Shown piece by piece: positions 9,561 to 18,328 of a DNA stretch of 29,488 bases. Under the pieces are notes generated by a model that saw only the letters and a list, made by a program, of their open reading frames with translations, searched no databases and was not told the DNA's origin. Made by a program: the position numbers and the translations under genes. Numbering within the stretch: the first letter of the stretch is position 1; each line of letters opens with the position of its first letter. This DNA comes from Fibrobacteria bacterium (lineage in GTDB: Bacteria > Fibrobacterota > Chitinivibrionia > Chitinivibrionales > FEN-1185), in NCBI GenBank assembly GCA_037447435.1, contig JBBIGR010000054.1, positions 1 to 29,488 of the forward strand, read 5' to 3'.

Positions 9561-10308
9561 TGTTCCCGTCGGAGTTTTTTGGAAAATCGTTGTCCCCCTT
9601 GCCGTGATTGCCGGTATCGTTGCCGGGGCGATTGGAATATTTGTGGTCGATAAACTGGTCATGCCCGGTATTGTCCATGCAGACCGGCAGGATGTCGTGG
9701 TTCCGTCTATCGTAAAACAGCAATGGGAACATGCCCGCCAGTCATTGTTCGATCTCGGTTTACGACTGCAAATCCGGGAACGTCAATACGATGAAAAAAT
9801 CCCGCGCGATTGTATTATCAGTCAGCAACCGTTGCCGGACGAAAAAGTTAAAAAAGGCAGAATGGTCGTTGTTGTAGTCAGTAAAGGATCCCAAACGGGT
9901 ATTGTCCCGGATTTGCGGAAACAGACGGAAAGAAAAGCCGTCATCGAATTGCGCAAACAGGGATTTATGATCGGCAGGAAAAAACATGATTTCTCGGATT
10001 CGCTGGATAAAGATCTCGTTATAAGTATGTCTCCGGCTCCGGGTACCAGTATGTCGCGCGAAATGCCGCTGGACCTCCTTATCTCCGATGGGCCCAAGCC
10101 GACCCATGCGGATACCCCGAATTTGATAGGCGAAAGTCTTGTCGAGGCCAAACAAAAAATAGAGGACAGCAATTTAAAACTTGGCAAAATAGAATATAAG
10201 AGCAACGGCACGTTATCGCCCGGGACCGTGATTTCCCAATCCGTTCCGCCGGGATCCAGTGTTCCTTTGGAAACGCCAATCAATATCGTGGTTTCGGTGA
10301 TAAATTGA
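9538..10308 (+). CDS. Membrane-anchored stand-alone PASTA-domain protein (three PASTA repeats, no kinase or PBP domain)
   Basis: N-terminal TM helix. Repeats begin VVPSIV, IVPDLR and TPNLIG and contain IISQQP, VISMSP and VISQSVP followed by VVVSKG-type strands. Confidence 0.92.
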   Translation: MKKNYSINVPVGVFWKIVVPLAVIAGIVAGAIGIFVVDKLVMPGIVHADRQDVVVPSIVKQQWEHARQSLFDLGLRLQIRERQYDEKIPRDCIISQQPLPDEKVKKGRMVVVVVSKGSQTGIVPDLRKQTERKAVIELRKQGFMIGRKKHDFSDSLDKDLVISMSPAPGTSMSREMPLDLLISDGPKPTHADTPNLIGESLVEAKQKIEDSNLKLGKIEYKSNGTLSPGTVISQSVPPGSSVPLETPINIVVSVIN

Positions 10309-10364
10309 ATACAAACGATAATTTGTTCCCCCGGGCATTCATTGACGGTTCCCGCCATGCTTGT

Positions 10365-12101
10365 ATGGTGATTTTAAAAATCGTCTGCGTTTGTTTTGTC
10401 GTGTACTCATTGTCGGGTTGCGCGGCCGCTACCTTTCCCCATATCGCGCCGCCGCAAAAAGATCGGCGGCATGCGGCGGCAAAAGACCGTGCGGAAAATT
10501 ATTTCATCATGGCACGTCAATATGATTTGGCCGGATTGCCGAAACAAGCTTTGTCGTCGTACGAAAATGCCTATTCGCTCGATCCGTCGAGCACGTTAAA
10601 ACAGATTCTTGTCGAACGATATGTTATCGGCTCTTTATATACGAAAGCGGTACTGCTCGTCAAACAAAACCGCCGTGAACAGGCGTTGCCCGATTCCGAT
10701 AAAATCCTGTTGTCGGGCATTTATCTCCGAATGGGGCAATACGGACATGCCTCGGATATCTTATTCTCCGTAGAGAAAAAAAAGAAGGAAGATTGGTTTA
10801 CGCTCGGGCTGATCCAGGAATCCTTCGGCGATTTAGCAAAGGCGGCATCGTGCTATGCCGAATATTTGAAGAGCGACCCGACTTCCTTGCCGCTTACCCT
10901 TAAAGCGGGGTATTTATATGCAAAAGCGGGCAGATATGCTGCCGCGGAAAGCGTGTTTGTCGCCGCAGCAAAGGCGATAGGCCAAAATGCCCAGCTATTT
11001 AATGCCATAGGGGAAATAAAAATGGCAAAAGGCGACACGACATTGGCGCTTGATTTTTTCAAGATGGCGCTTGTCATAGATTCCACTTTTAAGGACGCTA
11101 TTTACAACACTGCCCAAATCCAAATTCAAAAGGGACATTTTAATGAGGCCATTCCATTGTACGAACGCCTTTGTGAAAATGATTCGTCGGGCGGCGTATT
11201 CACTCGCACCCTCGCGTTACTCTACTTTTATGTTCAAAATTATGAAAAAGTAAAGACCGCGGTAAAATCATTGCTCAGTAATAATGTTGAGGACGGCGAA
11301 CTTCACTATTACCTTGGCCTTGCCTATGAATCGCAGGACAGCATCGATGTCGCGCGAATGGAGTTTGAGAAATGCATCGTCATTAAGCCGGCGTTCTCGG
11401 ATGCGTGGGTGCAATTGTGTTACCTGGATTTACGGAATAAGCAATTCGACGAAGCGTTGCGAACCGCCGAGCGATTTACAACTGCTTTATCGCAGGATCA
11501 TGCGGCCTGGCGCACTCGCGGATACGTCTATAATGCCCGCAAAGAATTTTCGGCAGCTATTCCTCATTTGAAAAAGGCTGTGGAATTGGATGGTCATGAC
11601 GTTTTCGCTTTTTTTGAATTGGGTAGTGCCTATGAACGGTTACACGACATCGATCATGCCGCTGAGGCTTTTAAAAAAGTTCTTGTTCTCCGTCCCCGTG
11701 ATGCTTCTGCGGCGAATTATCTGGGATATATGTGGGCGGATAGGGGTGAAAAACTTGACTCCGCAAAAAAACTTATCGAAACCGCATTAGCCTCAGATTC
11801 CCAAAACGGCGCATATCTTGATTCGTATGCCTGGGTTTTATTTAAATTAAACGATTTGAATGCAGCGTATACGGCAATTCAAAAAGCATTAATTTACATC
11901 CAAGACGACGGAGTCGTTTATAGTCACTTGGGCGATATTCTGATGAAAAAAGGCGAAATTTCTCAAGCGTATAGCGCCTATAAAAAAAGCCTGACCATGG
12001 ATCCTGAATCCGATGACGCCGAAACGATAAAAAAGAAAATCAAGGAAATTGAAAGTAATCCCAATTTCCTGCCTCAGGAACACACTTTGCCAAGGAAATA
12101 A
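10365..12101 (+). CDS. TPR lipoprotein (LbcA/PA4667-like); start may instead be TTG 10305
   Basis: Lipobox LSGC after a hydrophobic stretch. TPR array with the C-terminal motif AANYLGYMWAD...NGAYLDSYAWVLFK...HLGD. Confidence 0.85.
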   Translation: MVILKIVCVCFVVYSLSGCAAATFPHIAPPQKDRRHAAAKDRAENYFIMARQYDLAGLPKQALSSYENAYSLDPSSTLKQILVERYVIGSLYTKAVLLVKQNRREQALPDSDKILLSGIYLRMGQYGHASDILFSVEKKKKEDWFTLGLIQESFGDLAKAASCYAEYLKSDPTSLPLTLKAGYLYAKAGRYAAAESVFVAAAKAIGQNAQLFNAIGEIKMAKGDTTLALDFFKMALVIDSTFKDAIYNTAQIQIQKGHFNEAIPLYERLCENDSSGGVFTRTLALLYFYVQNYEKVKTAVKSLLSNNVEDGELHYYLGLAYESQDSIDVARMEFEKCIVIKPAFSDAWVQLCYLDLRNKQFDEALRTAERFTTALSQDHAAWRTRGYVYNARKEFSAAIPHLKKAVELDGHDVFAFFELGSAYERLHDIDHAAEAFKKVLVLRPRDASAANYLGYMWADRGEKLDSAKKLIETALASDSQNGAYLDSYAWVLFKLNDLNAAYTAIQKALIYIQDDGVVYSHLGDILMKKGEISQAYSAYKKSLTMDPESDDAETIKKKIKEIESNPNFLPQEHTLPRK

Positions 12102-12182
12102 TTTCTAACGTGCCCTGCGAGTATTTTTCCGTGAGCCTGCTATTCGGCCGGATTTTTTGTTGCGCTGAAAGGTAATCCCATC

Positions 12183-12926
12183 ATGCATACCCATGCCCGG
12201 CAACTCGCCTCAGGATTAATTAAAACATTTTTATTCATGGAAATTATTTTTTTTTCATGCACCAAACCTCCTCCGTCTGCACCGATAACTACGGAAGCCT
12301 TAATTTCTCAAGTAAGCGCTTGCAATAAAAGTGCCGGCACATTGAAATCAAACGGCTTTGTTGAAGTTTCCCATGACGGCCATTTATTTACGGTAGATTT
12401 TGATTTACTCTATGAATCCGATACCAACTTTACCCTGGAATTCTCGGCTCCGCTCGGAATGGTTGCCGCTTCGGTGCGATACAAGGACAATCAATCGTAT
12501 ATTGTTGATGTAGGGGATACTCAATATTCGGCGGCATCGTCTGATTTTGTGGATATTGGGCACGGTATTTTAAAATTTCCGATAACATGGTTCGAATTCA
12601 TTACGTTTTTTTCCGGTTTCAATCCGAGCTGCCAGCAATGCCTTATTTCCCGGGATTCGTTGTTTGTTGACAAAAGCTTCACGACCGTTTTTTTGAAAAC
12701 AAGGAATTGCAAGCTGAGGCCATTGGATATAATTGCCCGGTTGGATAATAAATCAAACCGGATACACGAAATCATATATAAACCTTCGAATACATCCGAT
12801 TGGACGGTAACATTCGCGCAGATGACAAAATACCATTCCAAAGAAATTAAGTTTGTATTAGCAAACAATAATTATTTTTACGTCAAATACCGGTCTGAAA
12901 AATATCTCGGCATAAAAGGAAAATAA
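12183..12926 (+). CDS. Putative lipoprotein, LolB/DUF4292-like
   Basis: FFSC lipobox-like motif. Beta-rich, with LEFSAPLGMVAA resembling the LolB-type PLG motif. Lies directly after the TPR lipoprotein. Confidence 0.55.
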   Translation: MHTHARQLASGLIKTFLFMEIIFFSCTKPPPSAPITTEALISQVSACNKSAGTLKSNGFVEVSHDGHLFTVDFDLLYESDTNFTLEFSAPLGMVAASVRYKDNQSYIVDVGDTQYSAASSDFVDIGHGILKFPITWFEFITFFSGFNPSCQQCLISRDSLFVDKSFTTVFLKTRNCKLRPLDIIARLDNKSNRIHEIIYKPSNTSDWTVTFAQMTKYHSKEIKFVLANNNYFYVKYRSEKYLGIKGK

Positions 12927-12934
12927 AACAATAC

Positions 12935-13930
12935 ATGAGAAACCCCTTATTGACCATTGCCGCGCTTCTTATTGTATCCATTTCCCTTTTGGCAACCGCA
13001 CAATCCGACGAAGCCGGTTCACGGCCGTTTTCGTTTCTTAACCTTGATTTCGGTGCTAAAACAATTGCCATGGGAGGCGCTTCGATTGCCGTCGATAACG
13101 GTATTTTTGCCGCCTTTGCCAATCCTGCCGCATTAGGGTATATGACCAAGACTCAAGTCGGGGTAGGTTTCCGTTCCGTGATCGACGATGTCGTCGGCGG
13201 TCCGGTAGGGTATGCAATGCCTTCAAAATTCGGCGTGTTTGGATTTAACCTGTTAATGCTTTCTTACGGCACGACCCAGGAGGTTTTAGAATCGTCGGAC
13301 GGACGTCCTTTATATACGGGAAATTCAGTAGGCGGGTATTCCTCCTCCGGTCAAATTTCTTGGGCAAATACCGTGTGGGAAAACCTTTCGCTGGGAGTGT
13401 CGATTCGCGGAATTTTTGAACGGTTGGTCGACCTCTCCCTCAGTGCCGCTTGTTTGCAAGCGGGAATGCAATACCGTTCGGACGATTCCAGACTCATCGT
13501 AGGGCTTGCATTTTCGAACGCGGGTTTTATGGCTTCGCAAAACGGAAATGATTTGAAATTGCCAATAGCTCTTGCTGCAGGAATTTCATATATACTTCCA
13601 TATGTTCCGGCACTACGGCTTGCATTGGATTTGAAACAAAGCGCGGATTTGCCGCTCATGTACAAGCCCGGAATCGAAATCGCGGTGTATAAGAAATATT
13701 TGTTTTTACGCGCGGGATATCCTTTTAGTCAAACCGATGCGGAAGAAGTCGTCAAACTTATTCAAGGCGAACCAAGCGACAATTATCAAAAGAGTACATT
13801 TAACGGTCCCGCTTTCGGCGTCGGTCTTATGACGGATATCAATAAGGGTAAAGACATAAACGCGGATGTGGCTGTACAGTTTAATGATTTGGAGCCGGCA
13901 TTTGCCCTGAGTATTATGTTGGCTTATTAG
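12935..13930 (+). CDS. PorV/PorQ-like (UPF0164, FadL-fold) outer membrane beta-barrel
   Basis: Signal peptide, FSFLNLDFGAKTIAMGGA...NPAAL signature, YLFLRAGY and a C-terminal aromatic residue. Confidence 0.85.
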   Translation: MRNPLLTIAALLIVSISLLATAQSDEAGSRPFSFLNLDFGAKTIAMGGASIAVDNGIFAAFANPAALGYMTKTQVGVGFRSVIDDVVGGPVGYAMPSKFGVFGFNLLMLSYGTTQEVLESSDGRPLYTGNSVGGYSSSGQISWANTVWENLSLGVSIRGIFERLVDLSLSAACLQAGMQYRSDDSRLIVGLAFSNAGFMASQNGNDLKLPIALAAGISYILPYVPALRLALDLKQSADLPLMYKPGIEIAVYKKYLFLRAGYPFSQTDAEEVVKLIQGEPSDNYQKSTFNGPAFGVGLMTDINKGKDINADVAVQFNDLEPAFALSIMLAY

Positions 13931-13953
13931 ATAACGGATTGGATTCTGTCCAT

Positions 13954-13997
13954 ATAAAAAAAGCCTTTTTCCGAATACCGGAAAAAGGCTTTTTTAT
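13954..13997. terminator. Bidirectional intrinsic terminator
   Basis: AAAAAAGCCTTTTTCCG-AATAC-CGGAAAAAGGCTTTTTT, between convergent genes. Confidence 0.9.
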
Positions 13998-14015
13998 TAA
14001 ACTCTTTAGATCTGA

Positions 14016-14402
14016 TTAAATGTCTTCAACGAGCTTTTTTAAGCCGTTTTTCTCGAATTGGACAAGAATTCGGGCAGGTTCGCCTCTGTCTTTTCCTACC
14101 ACAAACCCAATGTCTTTGAATTTTTTATGGTTGATTTTTTCGCCGATTAAATAATGTTCACTTGGGACATATTCGCGAGGTTCGATTGCTTCTTTTTCAG
14201 CTTCGGGCTGAGCGACCAAGTCTTTCCCGGAAAAACAAAATGTTTTTCTGCATTTCGTACAAAAGTATTCGAAGGTGGATTCTTTATCGACAATTCTTCC
14301 GTTTCCTGCAATGCTTCTGTCTAATTGCGCCGGCAATGTCTTTTGGCAAAAACGGCAAAAAATATTTAATTCTTCCACCGGGGTGAACGGTATTGCGGAC
14401 AT
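14016..14402 (-). CDS. Small protein with a 2x CxxC zinc ribbon and a C-terminal Tudor/SH3-like domain
   Basis: GAGGAG RBS. CRFC...CTKC, then C-terminal YLIGEKINHKKFKDIGFVV...ILVQFEKNGLKKL. Confidence 0.8.
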   Translation of the reverse strand: MSAIPFTPVEELNIFCRFCQKTLPAQLDRSIAGNGRIVDKESTFEYFCTKCRKTFCFSGKDLVAQPEAEKEAIEPREYVPSEHYLIGEKINHKKFKDIGFVVGKDRGEPARILVQFEKNGLKKLVEDI

Positions 14403-14702
14403 GTATACTCCTCAGGTAAAATTTACTTCTGATGCTGTTATTACCATATGCGGTAAACAGCTCTCGATTTCAAATTTAAAACAATTTAATCGCAACTATC
14501 CGGAGAATCCTCCGAATATAAGCGAATTTTCAAATAAAGAACAATCATGGGAAATTAACTCATGGCAATCTTTGTTTGCAATCTATTACTATATTATTGA
14601 AGGCTGCAGAATTTAATGTATTTTAAACCTTCTTTTTAAATATTGGTCATGTGCTATAAAAATGAAATGATATAGCATATACTCTTTTATGGAGGAACTG
14701 CA

Positions 14703-15635
14703 TTGAAATTTGTTTTTATGGGCACCACCTCCTTCGGTATCCCTTGCATTGATGCGCTTTTGGCCAAAGGGCATCAACTGGTCGGCATCGTCAGTACGCC
14801 AGCACGCGAAAAAGGGCGAGGACAAAAAATAATAGATTCGGAAATCGTGCAATTTGCGAGGGAAAAAGGGCTTGGGCCGATTTTTACTCCACAGTCGTTA
14901 AAAGAAGAACAATTTCTAGCAAATTTAAAAAGCCTACAGGCCGATATTTTTGTCGTCGTGGCGTTTCGGATTTTGCCGAAAGAGGTATTTATTTTACCTC
15001 GAAAAGGCACTTTTAATATTCATGCGTCTCTTTTACCATTATACCGGGGGCCTGCCCCGATCCAAAGGGCTATAGCGGCAGGAGAGTCGCAGACCGGAAT
15101 TACGATATTCAGAATAGATACCGGTATCGATACGGGAAACGTTTTATTGCAAACAAAGGTTTCTATTTCCATCGACGATACGACACCGCAATTATCCGCA
15201 CGTTTAGCCCGCACCGGCGCGGAAGGTATGGTAACGGCCTTTGCTATGTTGCAAAACGATAGAGTGGAATATGCCATCCAAGACAACAGTTTGGCCAGTA
15301 ATGCGCCGAAACTTGTCAAAACGGAAGGGTTGGTCGATTGGGGAAAAACTGCGGAACAGATTTACAATGCGATTAGAGCATTTAAGCCGTTTCCCGGTAC
15401 ATATACTTTTTGGGATGGATTGCGGCTATCCGTCGAATGGGGTACCGCGATCGCCGATACCGGGCATGACGCGCAACCGGGAACCATTGTCGGTTTGGCT
15501 GCGTCGGGTATCGATGTGCAATGCAATAAATCGATTTTACGAATTACTAAAGTGAAGCCGGACGGGAAAAACGTTATGGACGGCAGTGCTTTTGCACGGG
15601 GACGAAATTTAAAAATAGGAATGAGATTTTCATGA
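14703..15635 (+). CDS. fmt: Methionyl-tRNA formyltransferase
   Basis: VFMGT, NIHASLLPLYRGPAPIQRAI and DTG motifs. TTG start with GGAGG RBS. Adjacent to rsmB. Confidence 0.97.
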   Translation: MKFVFMGTTSFGIPCIDALLAKGHQLVGIVSTPAREKGRGQKIIDSEIVQFAREKGLGPIFTPQSLKEEQFLANLKSLQADIFVVVAFRILPKEVFILPRKGTFNIHASLLPLYRGPAPIQRAIAAGESQTGITIFRIDTGIDTGNVLLQTKVSISIDDTTPQLSARLARTGAEGMVTAFAMLQNDRVEYAIQDNSLASNAPKLVKTEGLVDWGKTAEQIYNAIRAFKPFPGTYTFWDGLRLSVEWGTAIADTGHDAQPGTIVGLAASGIDVQCNKSILRITKVKPDGKNVMDGSAFARGRNLKIGMRFS

Positions 15636-16960
15636 ACAGCAGAGCGATCATATTAAAAATCCTGCAGTCCTTCGACAAACGGCCCGGGGTTTTGGATACT
15701 GCGATAGAACGGGTTTTAGCCCTAAATCCCGTCGATCATAGAGATAGACGATTCGTGTTTGAAATCGTGTATGGCATCATGAGGCGCCGATTGACGCTCG
15801 ATTATATCGCCGAGCAATTTCTGGACGATCCGTCGGCAATGCAAAATCCCGATTTGGTACGTATTCTGGAAATCGGGTCGTATCAGATACTGTATATGGA
15901 CAAAGTGCCCGATCATGCATGTGTCAACGAAGCGGTCAATTTGGCCAAGCTTTCGCCGAAAACCAAGCAATGTGCCGGGCTTGTCAACGCTACGCTCAGA
16001 GCATTGATTAAAAACCGGAAAAAAATAACCTTGCCCGATCCTCAAAAAGATTTGTGCAGAAGGCTTTCTATAGAATATTCTCATCCGGAATGGATGGTTC
16101 GGCGTTGGTTAAACCGCTTGGGTCTTTTGAAGACGAAATTACTGCTTTCGTTTAATAATGAGAAACCGGATGTTTTTTTCAGACGGAAGCTTCGCGGACT
16201 GTCGCGCCCGCAATTTGAACGGGACACAACCGATATTTGCGACGCCGCTACCGGCTATTCCAACTTGTTTTATCGTTTACGTAAACCGGTACAGCCGGAT
16301 ATGGTACCGGTATTTAAAGACGGCGAATGCACGGTCCAGGCTCCTTCTTCGGGCTGGGTCGTTGCGGTCATGGATATTCAACAAGGTGATTTTGTTGCCG
16401 ATCTTTGCTGCGCACCGGGAGGAAAAAGCAGTCTCATTGCCGAACTCTCCGGATCTACCGGAATGGTAACGGCATGTGAAATCCGGCCGAACCGGATTCA
16501 TGCCGCTTTGGAAACTTTCAGGCGCATGCACCTGACGGAAACAATTTTGCCCCTTCTTTGCGATGCCGGCACATTGCCGTTTAAGGGAACCTTCGACAAA
16601 GTGTTGCTCGATGCTCCTTGTTCGGGGAGCGGCGTTTTGCATCGGCATCCCGAAGGCCGGTTGACTAAAAAGGAAGAGGATTTGCCCCGGCTTTGCGCTC
16701 ATCAGAAGCATTTAATAGATTCTGCGGCTGCGATTGTTCGCGTTGGCGGAATTCTTGTTTATTCCACCTGCTCGATAGAGCCTGAAGAAAATGAAGAAGT
16801 TATAAAGTCGTTTTTATCCGAACATTCTAATTTTGCAATTGATCCGATGCCGGAAACGGTATTGGGGATGTTTGTCGGTGCGGACAAATTCCTGCGAATT
16901 ACTCCGTACGAACATAAATTGGACGGTATGTTTGCCGCTCGTTTAAAACGGATTGAATGA
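15632..16960 (+). CDS. rsmB: 16S rRNA m5C967 methyltransferase (Sun/RsmB)
   Basis: NusB-like N-terminus, YSHPEW, DLCCAPGGKS, LDAPCSG and YSTCSIEPEEN. Confidence 0.95.
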   Translation: MNSRAIILKILQSFDKRPGVLDTAIERVLALNPVDHRDRRFVFEIVYGIMRRRLTLDYIAEQFLDDPSAMQNPDLVRILEIGSYQILYMDKVPDHACVNEAVNLAKLSPKTKQCAGLVNATLRALIKNRKKITLPDPQKDLCRRLSIEYSHPEWMVRRWLNRLGLLKTKLLLSFNNEKPDVFFRRKLRGLSRPQFERDTTDICDAATGYSNLFYRLRKPVQPDMVPVFKDGECTVQAPSSGWVVAVMDIQQGDFVADLCCAPGGKSSLIAELSGSTGMVTACEIRPNRIHAALETFRRMHLTETILPLLCDAGTLPFKGTFDKVLLDAPCSGSGVLHRHPEGRLTKKEEDLPRLCAHQKHLIDSAAAIVRVGGILVYSTCSIEPEENEEVIKSFLSEHSNFAIDPMPETVLGMFVGADKFLRITPYEHKLDGMFAARLKRIE

Positions 16961-17008
16961 TTTTATAAGGAAAATCCTTCCCCTATTCCATCCTGTTTTC
17001 GCTTGCCG

Positions 17009-17042
17009 TCATAATGGGTTTGCAACGGCAGACCCATTATGA
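17009..17042. repeat. 15-bp stem-loop without a U-tract
   Basis: TCATAATGGGTTTGC-AACG-GCAGACCCATTATGA, with one G-U pair on the + strand. Confidence 0.75.
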
Positions 17043-17092
17043 TATACTGAAAATAATCATAAGATCGTTTATTGCAACTCAGGTTTTTTTGT

Positions 17093-17755
17093 ATGAAATC
17101 GCGCACAATGCACTATTGTGTACTTTTAAGTTGTGGGTTAATCGGCTTTATTGCATCATCATGTGCGTATCAAAATCCGACTCCCGCGGCCACCTACACA
17201 ACTATTGTAGAATATCAGGATCAGTCTTTTTCGGGATCCCAGTTGTCGGGGCAAACCATACTCGTTCTTCCGATCATGCTTAAAAGCGAATTCGACACAA
17301 CAGCGGCTCTTGGCGCGGATAAAATCGGAAAAATTCTGGATAAAAAAAGAAGCGATGTCGACATTGTTACTAAAGAAGAATTCGAAACCCGTTATTGCGC
17401 TCATCATGACTCCATTTCTTTGAACGCGTTTTACAAAAACCTTTTCAAAGGAAACTCCGTCGCGCTGGCAACGAGCGACTCGGTATGGAAAGAAATGAAA
17501 ACGGGATATTGCTTGTCAACAAGAATAACCAATGCGATCACCATTAAAGGATTTGACGGATTGGTGAAGAGGCGAATGAATATGGAAACCGAATTTTGGG
17601 ATGTCGACAGCCTCGAGCCGGTATTGCGCGTGTCGGTCCAGGCGAGCGCTTCCGGCACGCAAATGACCGATGTCGAATTTATTAGCGCAGCGCTTGCGGC
17701 CGCCTTAGACCGGCTGCCCGGTGTCGTCCCGGGATCCAATGAACGGAATTGGTGA
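17093..17755 (+). CDS. Hypothetical lipoprotein (possibly LpoB/CsgG-like fold)
   Basis: Lipobox ASSC. TILVLP and FWDVDSLEPVLR strands. The fold call is tentative. Confidence 0.65.
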   Translation: MKSRTMHYCVLLSCGLIGFIASSCAYQNPTPAATYTTIVEYQDQSFSGSQLSGQTILVLPIMLKSEFDTTAALGADKIGKILDKKRSDVDIVTKEEFETRYCAHHDSISLNAFYKNLFKGNSVALATSDSVWKEMKTGYCLSTRITNAITIKGFDGLVKRRMNMETEFWDVDSLEPVLRVSVQASASGTQMTDVEFISAALAAALDRLPGVVPGSNERNW

Positions 17756-17762
17756 GTTTACT

Positions 17763-17954
17763 ATGCGGGAATGTACGGAACGAATCGTCTCTGTCGGGTT
17801 TTCGAAAAAACCCAAGAAGGTATTCGACGAAATTGAAACGGTCACGGCCGAAATGGTTCGGGCCGGCTGGATGCTCAAGGATTCGCTTATGGAGCAGGGG
17901 TTGGGAAAAATCCACTTGTTTTTTGAGCGGGACATCAATACAATCACCGGCTAA
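17763..17954 (+). CDS. Small hypothetical protein, DUF4177-like
   Basis: 63 aa filling the gap between two co-oriented genes. EIE...EMVRAGWML...LFFER pattern. Confidence 0.6.
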   Translation: MRECTERIVSVGFSKKPKKVFDEIETVTAEMVRAGWMLKDSLMEQGLGKIHLFFERDINTITG

Positions 17955-17974
17955 CGTCGCAGAAAGGATTATGC

Positions 17975-18328
17975 ATGAAATATGAAATAGAAGACCGCGA
18001 ATCATTCAAAATGATTCATATTATAGGCACCATCGATACGGAAGAGAATACGAAAAAACTTGATGACGATATATTCGCGTGTATAAAAAACGGCCAGCAT
18101 AATTTTGTTTTTAATCTAGAAAAAACGACCTACCTCGACAGTGCCGGTATAAGTATTTTCATTCATTGTCTTTGCGATGTGCAGGAAAACAAAGGTTCAG
18201 TTTTTATTATTGCGAAGGATAATCAGGTTCGCAAGGTTCTCGAAATGGTCGGAATCGACAGGCTCATGAAAACATATCATTCGGAACATGAATTTTTTCA
18301 GGACCAAAAGATAGGAATATTGCAATGA
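17975..18328 (+). CDS. STAS-domain anti-sigma factor antagonist (RsbV/SpoIIAA-like)
   Basis: FNLEKTTYLDSAGI with the conserved phospho-acceptor Ser, and QVRKVLEMVG. AAAGGA RBS. Confidence 0.92.
   Translation: MKYEIEDRESFKMIHIIGTIDTEENTKKLDDDIFACIKNGQHNFVFNLEKTTYLDSAGISIFIHCLCDVQENKGSVFIIAKDNQVRKVLEMVGIDRLMKTYHSEHEFFQDQKIGILQ

Noticed and set aside
14562..14580. Sigma54-like TGGCA...TTGCA
   Set aside because: The GG-to-GC spacing is 12 nt, not the required 10.
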